Positions 1 through 9,663 of a stretch of 64,000 bases of DNA are shown in pieces; the first letter of the stretch is position 1; every line of letters starts with the position of its first letter. A model generated the notes under the pieces. The model was not told the origin of the DNA, made no database searches, and was given only the letters and a program-made list of their open reading frames with translations. The stretch lies in the NCBI GenBank assembly GCA_017560985.1, contig JAFZDX010000085.1:30857-94856 (forward strand), given 5' to 3'. Made by a program: the position numbers and the translations under genes. Origin of the DNA: Oscillospiraceae bacterium (GTDB lineage: Bacteria; Bacillota; Clostridia; Oscillospirales; Ruminococcaceae).

Positions 1-1179
1 GCAGAAGATGTACAGACTGTTCTGGTAGTTATGAATAAAACACCATTCTACTCAGAAGCTGGCGGTCAGGTTTCTGACAAAGGTGTTATCGAAACAGCAA
101 ACGGCCTGCTGAAAGTAACAGATGTTAAGAAAACAGGTAAAGGCTTGTATGTACACACTTGCGCACTGGAAAAAGGCTTTGTAAAAGCTGGTGATAAAGC
201 AGTTGCTAAAGTATATGTTGCAACAAGACGTGCAACAGAAGCTAACCATTCTGCAGCACATCTTATGCAGGCTGCTCTGCGTAAAGTTCTTGGTGACCAT
301 GTTCATCAGTCCGGTTCTTATGTTGACAACGAAAGATGCCGTTTCGACTTCACACACTTCTCCGCTATGACAGCTGAAGAACTGGCAGAAGTAGAAATGC
401 TGGTAAATGGTGCTATTTCAGATGCTCTGGAAGTTACAACACAGGAAATGTCAATGGATGACGCTAAAAAATCAGGCGCTATGGCTCTGTTTGGCGAAAA
501 ATACGGCGATGTTGTTCGTGTAGTAAAAATGGGTGACTTTGCAACAGAACTCTGTGGTGGTACACATGTTTCCAACACAGCAAAAGTTGGTCTGTTCAAA
601 ATCGTTTCTGAATCCAGCGTTGCTGCAGGCGTAAGAAGAATTGAAGCTGTAACAGGTATGGGCGTGCTTACTCTGCTGGCAGAAAAACAGAACCTTATCA
701 ACGAAACAGCTAAAGGTCTGAAAATCAACAATCCTAACGATATCGCTGTAAAAGCTGCACAGGCTAACGAAGAAATCAAAGCTCTGCAGAAAGAAAACGA
801 AGCACTGCGTGGCGAAATTGCAAAAGGCAGAGTTGCTGATCTGATGAAAAATGCTGTTGAAGTAAATGGTCTGAAAGTTTACACAGGTTACTTTGCAGGT
901 ACAAATGCTGATGCACTGCGCCAGATGGCTCAGGGTATTGAAGATGGCATCGCAGTTCTTTGTGGCGAACAGGGTGGCAAAGTTACAATCGCTGCTTCCT
1001 GTGGCAAATCCGCAATCGCAGCTGGTGTAAAAGCTGGTGCTCTGGTAAAAGCAGTTGCAGCTGTAACAGGCGGTAATGGCGGCGGTAAACCAGACTTTGC
1101 TATGGCTGGCGCTAAAGATGTATCCAAAGTTGACGAAGCTCTGTCTACAGTAACAGAAATCGTTGCTTCAATGATGTAA
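1..1179 (+). CDS. alaS: alanine--tRNA ligase, C-terminal part (5' end outside the window)
   Basis: Frame 1 is open from base 1 (AEDVQTVLVV precedes the listed Met). AlaRS motifs are present: TPFYSEAGGQVSD, HSAAHLMQAAL, CGGTHV, and a C-terminal GGGKPDFA tail. Confidence 0.92.
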   Translation, partial: AEDVQTVLVVMNKTPFYSEAGGQVSDKGVIETANGLLKVTDVKKTGKGLYVHTCALEKGFVKAGDKAVAKVYVATRRATEANHSAAHLMQAALRKVLGDHVHQSGSYVDNERCRFDFTHFSAMTAEELAEVEMLVNGAISDALEVTTQEMSMDDAKKSGAMALFGEKYGDVVRVVKMGDFATELCGGTHVSNTAKVGLFKIVSESSVAAGVRRIEAVTGMGVLTLLAEKQNLINETAKGLKINNPNDIAVKAAQANEEIKALQKENEALRGEIAKGRVADLMKNAVEVNGLKVYTGYFAGTNADALRQMAQGIEDGIAVLCGEQGGKVTIAASCGKSAIAAGVKAGALVKAVAAVTGGNGGGKPDFAMAGAKDVSKVDEALSTVTEIVASMM

Positions 1180-1193
1180 TAATTAAAAAATAA

Positions 1194-1217
1194 ATGCGGC
1201 GGTTTTCGCCGCCGCAT
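1194..1217 (+). terminator. GC-rich hairpin after alaS
   Basis: A gcggcgg/ccgccgc stem starts 15 nt after the TAA. There is no clean U-tract. Confidence 0.45.
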
Positions 1218-1243
1218 AATTCATACAAAACAGGAGGATAAAT

Positions 1244-1582
1244 ATGGATTGCCTTTTTTGTAGTATTATAAAGGGAGATATCCCATCAACTGTTGTTTAT
1301 GAAACAGAAGATCTGGTTGCCATTAAAGACATTGCTCCACAGGCACCTTTCCATGTAATCATTATTCCTAAACAGCATATTCCAAGCCCTGCACATTTTA
1401 CAGCTGAAAACAGCGACATTGCAGGCAAAATGATTCTTGCAGCAGCAGAAATTGCAAAACAGGAAAATCTGGACAAAGGCTATCGCATTGTAGCAAACTG
1501 CGGTGAAGATGGCGGCCAGACTGTTGGTCACGTACATTTCCATATGCTTGCACAGAGAAATCTGTCCTGGCCTCCAGGTTGA
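1244..1582 (+). CDS. HIT (histidine triad) family protein
   Basis: 112 aa with a C-terminal GHVHFHML histidine-triad motif. RBS aggagg lies upstream. Confidence 0.85.
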   Translation: MDCLFCSIIKGDIPSTVVYETEDLVAIKDIAPQAPFHVIIIPKQHIPSPAHFTAENSDIAGKMILAAAEIAKQENLDKGYRIVANCGEDGGQTVGHVHFHMLAQRNLSWPPG

Positions 1583-1586
1583 TTTT

Positions 1587-3653
1587 ATGAAAATTAAAAG
1601 ACCACTGTTTATTATAGCATTTTCTATGTTGGTGGTAATTTATATGATTAACACAATGCCGGGCAGCATATTTTACGCTTGCTCGGCATTATTTTTAATA
1701 TTTGTTGTTTTTCATAAACTTACTGCTGACAAATACACACAGCATCTGGTTTTATTCCGGCTTGCCGCAATTATAGCAGCAGGCTGGCTTGGTGTGTTCA
1801 AAAATAATCTGAATAACAAAATACAGTGGCTTTCATCAAAAGAAAAGATAAATGTAACCGGAACAGTTATTGATGCCGGTAATTCAGGCTTTGCAAACTG
1901 GTATCATATAAGTCTGGAAACTGTTGATTCTGATAAAATCAATAATTTTAAGGTTATAGTGTATAGTTCTGATTATTTTGAAAAGGGAGATGTGCTAAAA
2001 TTAACTGGTAAGTATAAAGGCTTTACACCTAAAAGCAGGTATATTTATAATTTCTCGCAGGGAGTATACGGTTATTTCTATGCTGACAGTGTTTCAATAG
2101 AGAAAGACAATACTAATTATATTTCTTTTTTCAATGGAATCAGTATTAGTTTAAAGGATAAGGCCAGGGAATTATTTGATTACACTACAGTACCGCTGGC
2201 TGTTGCAATGGGATTAGGTGATAAAAGTCTGCTGGACGGCAATGTTGTAAATGCTTTTGCCTTTACAGGTTTATCCCATGCCCTTGTTGTGTCTGGTTTG
2301 CATATTGGCTTTATAGTTGCAGTTTTAAACCTGCTGATGTTAAAATTACCTGTTTATAAGAAACTGAAAAACATTGTTTTATTCGTTTTTGTGTTTTTGT
2401 TTATGGGTATCATAGGTTTTACACCATCTGTTATAAGGGCGGGCTGTCTGATTATGGCGGTAACATTTGGCAAAACATTTATTGTAGAAACGGATAACTA
2501 CACTGTCCTTGCTGTTATTATCCTGATTACATTGTTTACAAATCCATATACTGCCCATAGCGGCAGTCTGCTGTTATCATACAGTGCTTATTTCGGTGTA
2601 ATTCAAGGGGCAGATCTTGCCAGAAAATACGATTTTAATAAATTACTGTCATTATTGATAATGTCTGCATTTGCAACATTGTATACCACACCGGTTCTGG
2701 CTTTACTTGGAATGGAAATGACGCTGTTAGCACCATTTTTCAATTTACTGGTTTCTTATGTAATAATGGCCATCTGTGTACTTTCATTCTTTTTGCCAGT
2801 GCTGGGGTTTGTGCCATTAATTGGTATGCCGGTGTCGTCATTTATTGCACCATTTAATGACGTATTGATAAAATTGTTGATGTGGTTTACAGAGTTTTCG
2901 CAGCAGCACTTTGCATTCGCAATGATAAATCCATCAACAGAAATAATTAAAGTTCTGATTTTTTCCATAGTAATTACAATTTTAATCTCGATTATACTGT
3001 TTTCAGATAATAAAAAGAGAATTATTTTATGTTTTGCAGTTCCTATAATTACACTTTTATGTTATAATTTCTTGAATAGAGATATTGTAACTGTAAAAGT
3101 GTTTGATGGCAGCAGTCAGCCTTCATACATAATAACAGCCAAAGATAAAAATTATCTCTTGGCCACTGAAAATATAAATCAGAACAGGCTGACCACTGTT
3201 TGTGAAAATCTTGATATAGACCAATTTGACGAAATATTGGTTTGCAGTCTTAAACAACCTGATACAGAAATGTATTTTGAATACACAGAAAACCTTAAAT
3301 GGGCATCGGTCACAGGCGAGTATTATATAGGTGACTATGTTGTGGATGTGAATGTTAAAAGCAGACAGATGTTCTGTAATTTGGACATATATGGTACAAC
3401 CTTTGCTTTCAATCATAACAAGGCAGATATGTCCGGAGAAATATTTGACCTTTATTTCTTTGGTTCTGATACACCTAAAACAGTGGAAGCAGATAACTAT
3501 TTCTACTTTTATCCTGTTATCAAGAAAAATGGTAACCTGGTTACAGAAAAACAGGCGAAAGAATTGTATGATATACTTACAATTAAAATCAAGTCGCCAT
3601 CAGGGCGGTATTCTATAGTAGAGGATGTGAAAAACTTTGGCAGTCGGATATAA
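1587..3653 (+). CDS. comEC: ComEC/Rec2-family competence channel protein with a degenerate C-terminal MBL domain
   Basis: N-terminal TM/OB region, polytopic competence domain (FTGLSHALVVSGLHIGF). Synteny is comEC-holA. I chose the ATG at 1587 (MKIKRPLF), just after the HIT stop, over the overlapping 1503 start. Confidence 0.8.
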   Translation: MKIKRPLFIIAFSMLVVIYMINTMPGSIFYACSALFLIFVVFHKLTADKYTQHLVLFRLAAIIAAGWLGVFKNNLNNKIQWLSSKEKINVTGTVIDAGNSGFANWYHISLETVDSDKINNFKVIVYSSDYFEKGDVLKLTGKYKGFTPKSRYIYNFSQGVYGYFYADSVSIEKDNTNYISFFNGISISLKDKARELFDYTTVPLAVAMGLGDKSLLDGNVVNAFAFTGLSHALVVSGLHIGFIVAVLNLLMLKLPVYKKLKNIVLFVFVFLFMGIIGFTPSVIRAGCLIMAVTFGKTFIVETDNYTVLAVIILITLFTNPYTAHSGSLLLSYSAYFGVIQGADLARKYDFNKLLSLLIMSAFATLYTTPVLALLGMEMTLLAPFFNLLVSYVIMAICVLSFFLPVLGFVPLIGMPVSSFIAPFNDVLIKLLMWFTEFSQQHFAFAMINPSTEIIKVLIFSIVITILISIILFSDNKKRIILCFAVPIITLLCYNFLNRDIVTVKVFDGSSQPSYIITAKDKNYLLATENINQNRLTTVCENLDIDQFDEILVCSLKQPDTEMYFEYTENLKWASVTGEYYIGDYVVDVNVKSRQMFCNLDIYGTTFAFNHNKADMSGEIFDLYFFGSDTPKTVEADNYFYFYPVIKKNGNLVTEKQAKELYDILTIKIKSPSGRYSIVEDVKNFGSRI

Positions 3654-4653
3654 AATAACCGATAAAGATTTTAAAAGACTTTGGTTTGTTTTGTCCAAAG
3701 ATTCTTTTGTATGCAATGAAAATCTTACTATTATAGAACAGATTTGTCGCAAGAATGGTATTGATGATGACAGTATGTCATATTTTTCTATAAATAAACT
3801 GGATTGGGATGAAGTATTTGACCTTGTCCTTACACCCAGTTTTTTCGGCGAAAGACTCATTGTTATCCGTGATGGAGATATAAGTTCACTGAATGACACT
3901 GACTTTGAAAAGCTTGATCAGCTGATTGAAGAAAGTGACGGAAACAGGCTTGCTGTTGTTTTGACTTATGAAGATGACAAAAAACTGAAAGCCAAAAAGT
4001 TTGAAAAACTTTTTGAAAAAGTGCAGAAATACGGTCTGTTGCATTATGTTCAGGAAATTAATGAACGCTACCTGGAAGAAATGATTGTTTCCCACGCGAA
4101 AAAACAGGGAACAGAGCTTTCAAAAGAAGTTTCCAGAAAAATTGTTGAAAATATAGGCAAAGATGTAGGTTTGCTGGTAAATGAAGTGGACAAGTATTGT
4201 GCGGCCAGCGACTACACTGAAATCACTTTGGATATAGTTGACAGAATGGGTGTAAAAACGGTGGAAGCATCAGTTTTTGATATGATTGACCTTATCTGTC
4301 GTAAAAAACCAGTGAAAGCTATTGAAAAACTGAATAATCTTTTTGAACTGCGTACAGATGAAATTGCAATTTTAGGTGCTGTGACATCTGGTTTCGTGGA
4401 TATGCACCGTTGCAAACTGGCACAAAGCCAGAGAAAAGATTATAATACAGTACACAAGGATTTTGAAAGCAAAGCAAATTCATACCGATATAAAAAGGCT
4501 ATGAACAATGCTTCAAATTTTTCGCTTTCTGCATTGGAAGAAATCTTGCAGTTGATTATGAAAGCGGATATTGCTATGAAGTCTTCTTCACGGGATAAAA
4601 AACAGCTGCTTTATGTGCTGGTTACACAGATTATCGGGAAAGGTGTCCATTGA
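3637..4653 (+). CDS. holA: DNA polymerase III delta subunit
   Basis: 338 aa with a TTG start overlapping the comEC stop. It has the classical position after comEC and a delta-like N-terminal region (SFFGERLIVIRD). Confidence 0.72.
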   Translation: MAVGYKITDKDFKRLWFVLSKDSFVCNENLTIIEQICRKNGIDDDSMSYFSINKLDWDEVFDLVLTPSFFGERLIVIRDGDISSLNDTDFEKLDQLIEESDGNRLAVVLTYEDDKKLKAKKFEKLFEKVQKYGLLHYVQEINERYLEEMIVSHAKKQGTELSKEVSRKIVENIGKDVGLLVNEVDKYCAASDYTEITLDIVDRMGVKTVEASVFDMIDLICRKKPVKAIEKLNNLFELRTDEIAILGAVTSGFVDMHRCKLAQSQRKDYNTVHKDFESKANSYRYKKAMNNASNFSLSALEEILQLIMKADIAMKSSSRDKKQLLYVLVTQIIGKGVH

Positions 4654-5939
4654 TGGAGAAAATAAAAGTCAGCCAGGTTGTTGTTGTAGAGGGAAAATAT
4701 GACGCAATAAAGCTGGACAGCATTATTGATGGCCTTATTATTCCTGTTCACGGTTTTTCTGTTTACAGTGATGATGAGAAGAAAAATCTGCTTAAACAGC
4801 TGGGAAGAAAAAATGGTATAATCCTTATCACTGATTCGGATTCTGCAGGTTTTAAAATCAGAAATTACGTACAGAATATCTGTCGTGGCAGTGAAATTAT
4901 AAATGTATATATCCCACCTGTTAAAGGTAAGGAAAGCCGAAAGCAGTCAGCATCCAAAGAAGGCCTGCTTGGGGTAGAAGGAATTGAAAAAGACATACTT
5001 ATAAAATGTCTGGAACAGGCAGGGGTAAACAGCGTATTTTCAGATTCCGATAAACAGCAGATGACCTATGCTGATTTGTTTGAACTTGGTTTATCAGGTA
5101 CTGCCAATGCCACACTTAATAGGGAAAAATTGGCAGAATATCTGAATATACCCACAAAACTATCAAAAAAAGCTCTTTTGGAGGTTCTTAACAGAATGAG
5201 CACAAAAACTGAAATAGAGAATGTTTTAAATGAAAAGCCTGTGCTGTTCTGGGATTTTCACGGTACACTTACAAAGCCTGATAATCAGTGGGTTGATATT
5301 GCACTGAAATTGGCAGATGAAATGTTTCCGCAGATGAATGTATCTCATACTGAAATAATGAAAAATCTCAGCGGCAAATGTCTGCCATGGTGGACTTACC
5401 CAGATAGGGATACACGTCATCTTATGGAAAATGATGGCTGGTGGAAAAGCTGTGAAGATGAATTTATAAAGATGTATATTGCCAGCGGTTTTGAGAAACA
5501 CCAGGCAGAGAAAATGACACCGCTTATCCGCCCGTATGTGGTAGATATAACAAAGCATCGTCTGCACGATGATGCCATAACTGTCTTATCTTCATTGAAA
5601 GAAAGAGGTTACAGAAACTATATACTTTCAAATAACTTTCCAGAACTGACACAGATGATAAGCGATATGGGGCTGGATAAATATTTTGAAGGCTGTGTAG
5701 TTTCTGCCAGAGTAGGTTTTGCAAAACCAAGAAAAGAAATATTTGAATACGCCAGAAATCTTGCTGACAATCCACAAAGGTGTATAATGATAGGTGATAA
5801 CCCTGTTGATGATATCAAAGGCGCAAAAGACTGTGGCTTTGATACTATACTTGTAAATAACAGACACCCCGAGTACAACGGGGATTATTGTGATTATATC
5901 TGTAAAACACTTACAGATGTGCTGGATGTGTTAAAATAA
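4653..5939 (+). CDS. rnmV: ribonuclease M5 (Toprim) fused to a HAD-superfamily hydrolase domain
   Basis: N-terminal half has VVVEGKYDAIKL and ILITDSDSAGFKIR Toprim motifs. C-terminal half has HAD motifs WDFHGTL, YILSNN, KPRKEIF, GDNPVDDI. The ATG overlaps the holA TGA (TGATG). Confidence 0.75.
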   Translation: MEKIKVSQVVVVEGKYDAIKLDSIIDGLIIPVHGFSVYSDDEKKNLLKQLGRKNGIILITDSDSAGFKIRNYVQNICRGSEIINVYIPPVKGKESRKQSASKEGLLGVEGIEKDILIKCLEQAGVNSVFSDSDKQQMTYADLFELGLSGTANATLNREKLAEYLNIPTKLSKKALLEVLNRMSTKTEIENVLNEKPVLFWDFHGTLTKPDNQWVDIALKLADEMFPQMNVSHTEIMKNLSGKCLPWWTYPDRDTRHLMENDGWWKSCEDEFIKMYIASGFEKHQAEKMTPLIRPYVVDITKHRLHDDAITVLSSLKERGYRNYILSNNFPELTQMISDMGLDKYFEGCVVSARVGFAKPRKEIFEYARNLADNPQRCIMIGDNPVDDIKGAKDCGFDTILVNNRHPEYNGDYCDYICKTLTDVLDVLK

Positions 5940-5956
5940 TATATGGAGATGAGTGT

Positions 5957-6493
5957 ATGAAAGAATATTGGAAAAGTGCAGCCAAAGAACTGAGATCGGT
6001 ACGTTCAATAACAGGTGCAGCGCTTTTTGCTGCCATGAGTCCGATACTGGCTCTTTGTACAATTCAGGTGAATCAATTTTTGTCTATCGGCTTTACTTCT
6101 CTTACCCACGCAATGACAGGCTATTTCTTCGGGCCGTTGGTTGCGGCTATGTCTGGTGGTATAGCTGATATAATCAAGTACCTTCTTAAACCGGACGGTC
6201 CTTTCTTTCCGGGGTTCACTTTGAATGAAATTCTTGTGGGATTTATTTATGGACTTTTCTTCTACAAAAGAAAAGTCACTTTACATAAATGTATTTCTGC
6301 CAGGCTGATTGTTACTGTTGGTATAAATCTGACACTGACACCTTTATGGCTTTCTATGCTGTATGGTAATGCTTATAAATTTATGGTGCCAATAAGAATT
6401 ATCAAAAACATTGTTCTTATCCCTGTTGATATTTTCCTGTTGCATACATTGCTTAAATTCTGTGAAAAAAACAAAAACAGATTTTTCAGATAA
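5957..6493 (+). CDS. small polytopic membrane protein, probably a folate-family ECF transporter S component
   Basis: 178 aa with 5-6 predicted TM segments. Size and pattern resemble FolT-type S components as I recall them. RBS ggaga is 7 nt upstream. Confidence 0.5.
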   Translation: MKEYWKSAAKELRSVRSITGAALFAAMSPILALCTIQVNQFLSIGFTSLTHAMTGYFFGPLVAAMSGGIADIIKYLLKPDGPFFPGFTLNEILVGFIYGLFFYKRKVTLHKCISARLIVTVGINLTLTPLWLSMLYGNAYKFMVPIRIIKNIVLIPVDIFLLHTLLKFCEKNKNRFFR

Positions 6494-6497
6494 AAAT

Positions 6498-6526
6498 AAC
6501 CGCCTTGATTTTAAAGGCGGTTTTAT
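6498..6526 (+). terminator. rho-independent terminator
   Basis: aaccgcctt-gatttt-aaggcggtt hairpin followed by a T-run. Confidence 0.75.
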
Positions 6527-6530
6527 AATG

Positions 6531-6562
6531 CAAAAAATCCTCTGTACTTACATACAGAGGAT
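6531..6562 (-). terminator. rho-independent terminator of trkH
   Basis: atcctctgta/tacagaggat stem with tttttt on the minus strand, 6 nt after the trkH stop. Confidence 0.75.
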
Positions 6563-6567
6563 AATTT

Positions 6568-8037
6568 TTATGCTTTTTTAGTTGTGTTTTTATAAATAGA
6601 TGGCGTAAACAACAGCAGCATAGGCCAGATTTCCAGGCGTCCAATCAACATATTAAGTGACAGGATTATTTTGGAAATAGGGGAGAACATACTGAAGTTA
6701 CCTGCAGGACCAACAATATCCAGACCAGGGCCGATATTGTTAAGACAAGCCATAACTGCTGTAACTGTAACTTCTGTGTTGAAACCCTCTAAAAGAGTGA
6801 GCAGGAACATAGAGCCTATGGCAATAAACCAATATACACAGAAATATGTAAGGGTATTTTTGATTACAACTTCACTGATTGGTTTACCGTCCATTGTAAT
6901 AGTTTTTACTTTTCTTGGGCTGATTACAGATATTATTTCTCGTTTGATAGCTTTTGCCATAATAAGTATACGGCTTACCTTTACACCACCACCGGTTGAC
7001 CCGGCTGATGCACCGCATATCATAATTGCTACAAGTATAAACCTTGAAAGCTGCGGCCATAAATCAAAGTTTGCAGTTGCATAACCTGTGGTTGTGATAA
7101 TACTGGAAACAGAGAAGTAGCTGTCCAGAAGTGCCACACCGGAATTGTCATAACTGCCTTTGACATTGAAGAATATTAACAATGTAGAAATTGCTATAAT
7201 TCCCAGATATGCTTTTAATTCTTCGTTCTTAATGGCGGATTTGAAATCTTTCATCAATACAACATAGTAAATTGAAAAGTTTATACCAAACAGCATCATA
7301 AATACAGCAATAATCGCTTGCGAAATATAGCTATAACCATCAATACTGTCAACCTTAATGCCAAAGCCACCAGTACCAGCAGTACCAAAGGAAAGCACAA
7401 TACTGTCAAACAAAGGCATACCTGTAACAAACAACAATATAGTTTCAATAATTGTCATTACGAAATATATTTTATACAGAATTCTTGCTGTTTGCCGCAA
7501 TGTAGGTGTCATTTTACCTACTGATGGACCTGGGCTTTCAGCTCTCATCAATGCCAGGCCTTCGCCACCGCCTTTAGTGTTGCTCATTGGAACAATGGCC
7601 ATAAGGAAAACCAGTACACCCATACCACCCAGCCAGTGTGTAAAGCTGCGCCAGTACAACATACTGTTTGACAGCAGTTCTACATTTGTCAGAATACTTG
7701 AACCTGTAGTGGTAAAACCGGATACAGTTTCGAAAAAGGCATCAACCAGATTTGGAATATAACCGCTGAAAACAAATGGTAGACAGCCAAAAAATGAAAG
7801 TATGATCCAGCCTAAAGCAACAGATACATAAGCCTCTTTGGCGTAAATACCTCTGTTTGTCTGTTTGATTTTTGAAAGTAAAAAACCTATAAGCAGACAC
7901 AAAAGAATTGTTACTACAAAAGCAGGAATACTCGAAAATTCTTTATATATGAGGGCAACCAATATGGCAGGTAACATAAATACACCTTCCAGCATAAGTA
8001 TATTGCCCATATATTTAGCTATAATTTGAAAATTCAT
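6568..8037 (-). CDS. trkH: TrkH/KtrB-family potassium uptake membrane subunit
   Basis: 489 aa polytopic protein with repeated selectivity-filter-like TTTG/GTGG segments (GFTTTGSS, GTAGTGGFG, ITTTGYAT, GSTGGGVK). RBS ggagg. Confidence 0.9.
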   Translation of the reverse strand: MNFQIIAKYMGNILMLEGVFMLPAILVALIYKEFSSIPAFVVTILLCLLIGFLLSKIKQTNRGIYAKEAYVSVALGWIILSFFGCLPFVFSGYIPNLVDAFFETVSGFTTTGSSILTNVELLSNSMLYWRSFTHWLGGMGVLVFLMAIVPMSNTKGGGEGLALMRAESPGPSVGKMTPTLRQTARILYKIYFVMTIIETILLFVTGMPLFDSIVLSFGTAGTGGFGIKVDSIDGYSYISQAIIAVFMMLFGINFSIYYVVLMKDFKSAIKNEELKAYLGIIAISTLLIFFNVKGSYDNSGVALLDSYFSVSSIITTTGYATANFDLWPQLSRFILVAIMICGASAGSTGGGVKVSRILIMAKAIKREIISVISPRKVKTITMDGKPISEVVIKNTLTYFCVYWFIAIGSMFLLTLLEGFNTEVTVTAVMACLNNIGPGLDIVGPAGNFSMFSPISKIILSLNMLIGRLEIWPMLLLFTPSIYKNTTKKA

Positions 8038-8058
8038 ATTAATCCTCCGTATGTCAAA

Positions 8059-9453
8059 TTAATATAAACTTCCAGGTGCAAATATATCTGTCAGGTTGCT
8101 GATAGCCTGATCCGAAGTTGTTACAATAACAATAGAATCACCCGGCAACATACAGTCATCGCCTTTTGGAATAATTACCTGGTTGCCGCGAACGATGTTT
8201 GCAACAAGGATATGTGGTTTAAGATGCAGCTGTTTAAGTGAAACACCCTGGAAGTTACCTTCTTTTGGAACGGTGAAACCTATGGCTTCAGCTTTACCAT
8301 TGAAAAGTCTGTACAGTGTTTCGATAGTGCCGGCAGTGTCGCTTTCAGTTACTGTGCCTTTTTCATATATAGCACGTACATATCTCATTATTTCATTTGC
8401 AACCAGCAGTTTTGGGCTTACAGTTGTATCGATACCTGCTGTTTTCAGTACGCCCAGATATTCTGTGCGGTTTATTTTTGTTACAGTTTTTGGCACGCCT
8501 ACAGAAGAAGCAAACATAGAGATAATCATATTTTCTTCATCCATACCTGTAAGAGTGATAACTGCGTCCATATCACGCAAACCTTCAGCCAGCAATAAAT
8601 CCTGCTGTGTTCCATTGCCACGGATAACATTTGCTTTTGGCAGACGGGCACTCAGGTCTTTGCATTTGTATTTATCAATGTCAACAATAGTTACATCAAC
8701 ACCTGTTTTCAGCAGTCTTTCTGCCAGGTATTCGCCAATGCTGCTACCGCCAACAATCATTACATTTTTTACAGGTCTGCGCAGCATTTTCAGTGTATGT
8801 AACAAATTAACCAGTTTGGAACCTTCGGCAGCAACTGTGATAATATCATTTTCTTCAAGGACAAAGCTGCCGCTTGGGATAAATACCTGACTATCTCTGT
8901 CTACAGCACATATAAGAGCATTTACCTTGGCCAGTTCTTTTGCTTCATACAGCTTTTTGCCTACCAGAGGGTTATCTTTTGTAAGTTTGAATTCTACCAA
9001 TTCAACACGACCGGATGCAAATGTATCGCGTTTTGTAAAGTTAGGGAACTGTAAAAGTCTGAAAATTTCCCTGGCAGTTTCTTTTTCAGGGTTCAAAGCC
9101 ATATCCAGTCCCAGCTTTTTACCCAGAAATTCTATCTGTCCATCATATTCAGGGTTGCGCACACGGGCAACAGTATGTTTTGCCCCCAGCATATTTGCCA
9201 CAACACAGCACAGCAGGTTTACTTCGTCACTGGATGTAGCCGCTATCAGCAGGTCACAATTATGTACACTTGCTTCTCTCTGAATATCAACAGTAGCACC
9301 ATTGCCATGAACAATAGCCACGTCAAATGTGTCCTGCAGTTCTTCCAGTACGGATTCACGATTATCTATTACTACCACATTATGTTCTTCTTCAACTAAA
9401 AGTTGGGTAAGTAATTGGCCTACCTTACCACCGCCAACAACTACAACATTCAT
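8059..9453 (-). CDS. trkA: Trk system NAD-binding (RCK) subunit TrkA
   Basis: 464 aa with two Rossmann GxGxxG repeats (VVVGGGKVG, MIVGGSSIG). It lies immediately upstream of trkH in the same operon. Confidence 0.9.
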   Translation of the reverse strand: MNVVVVGGGKVGQLLTQLLVEEEHNVVVIDNRESVLEELQDTFDVAIVHGNGATVDIQREASVHNCDLLIAATSSDEVNLLCCVVANMLGAKHTVARVRNPEYDGQIEFLGKKLGLDMALNPEKETAREIFRLLQFPNFTKRDTFASGRVELVEFKLTKDNPLVGKKLYEAKELAKVNALICAVDRDSQVFIPSGSFVLEENDIITVAAEGSKLVNLLHTLKMLRRPVKNVMIVGGSSIGEYLAERLLKTGVDVTIVDIDKYKCKDLSARLPKANVIRGNGTQQDLLLAEGLRDMDAVITLTGMDEENMIISMFASSVGVPKTVTKINRTEYLGVLKTAGIDTTVSPKLLVANEIMRYVRAIYEKGTVTESDTAGTIETLYRLFNGKAEAIGFTVPKEGNFQGVSLKQLHLKPHILVANIVRGNQVIIPKGDDCMLPGDSIVIVTTSDQAISNLTDIFAPGSLY

Positions 9454-9557
9454 AATAATATCTCCTTAAAATTGATATATTATAGTAATATATAGTATTT
9501 TAACACAATAATATTTAAAAGGCAAACGGATAGTCCTAAATGAGTTTTTCTTTTGGT

Positions 9558-9579
9558 TAATTTTTACATAATTTTTACA
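9558..9579. repeat. perfect tandem 11-nt direct repeat (taatttttaca x2)
   Basis: Read directly in the divergent trkA/glf intergenic region. Confidence 0.9.
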
Positions 9580-9663
9580 TCTGTTGAGCCTTTGGTACAT
9601 TATTGTTGTTTTTAAGAGATAATTATGGTAATATATAGAAAAATCAGAAACGGAATTAAATAT

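Noticed and set aside
1503-1586. Upstream extended starts in the ORF track (1503 comEC, 44902 uvrB, 59079 sepF, 61443 rluD, 38980 2-HADH, 9625 glf, 14080 glmM)
   Set aside because: Each extension overlaps the preceding gene or lacks an RBS. Internal starts with good Shine-Dalgarno spacing match the known N-termini of the families.
5953-6168. 71-aa ORF overlapping the start of the FolT-like gene, and the 88-aa ORF at 3352-3618 inside comEC
   Set aside because: Both are alternative frames of better-supported genes, with no RBS and an unremarkable composition.
9454-9560. c-di-AMP (ydaO/kimA-type) riboswitch upstream of the trkA-trkH potassium uptake operon
   Set aside because: The predicted promoter leaves a 5' UTR of only ~30 nt. 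The region is AT-rich with no conserved riboswitch helices.
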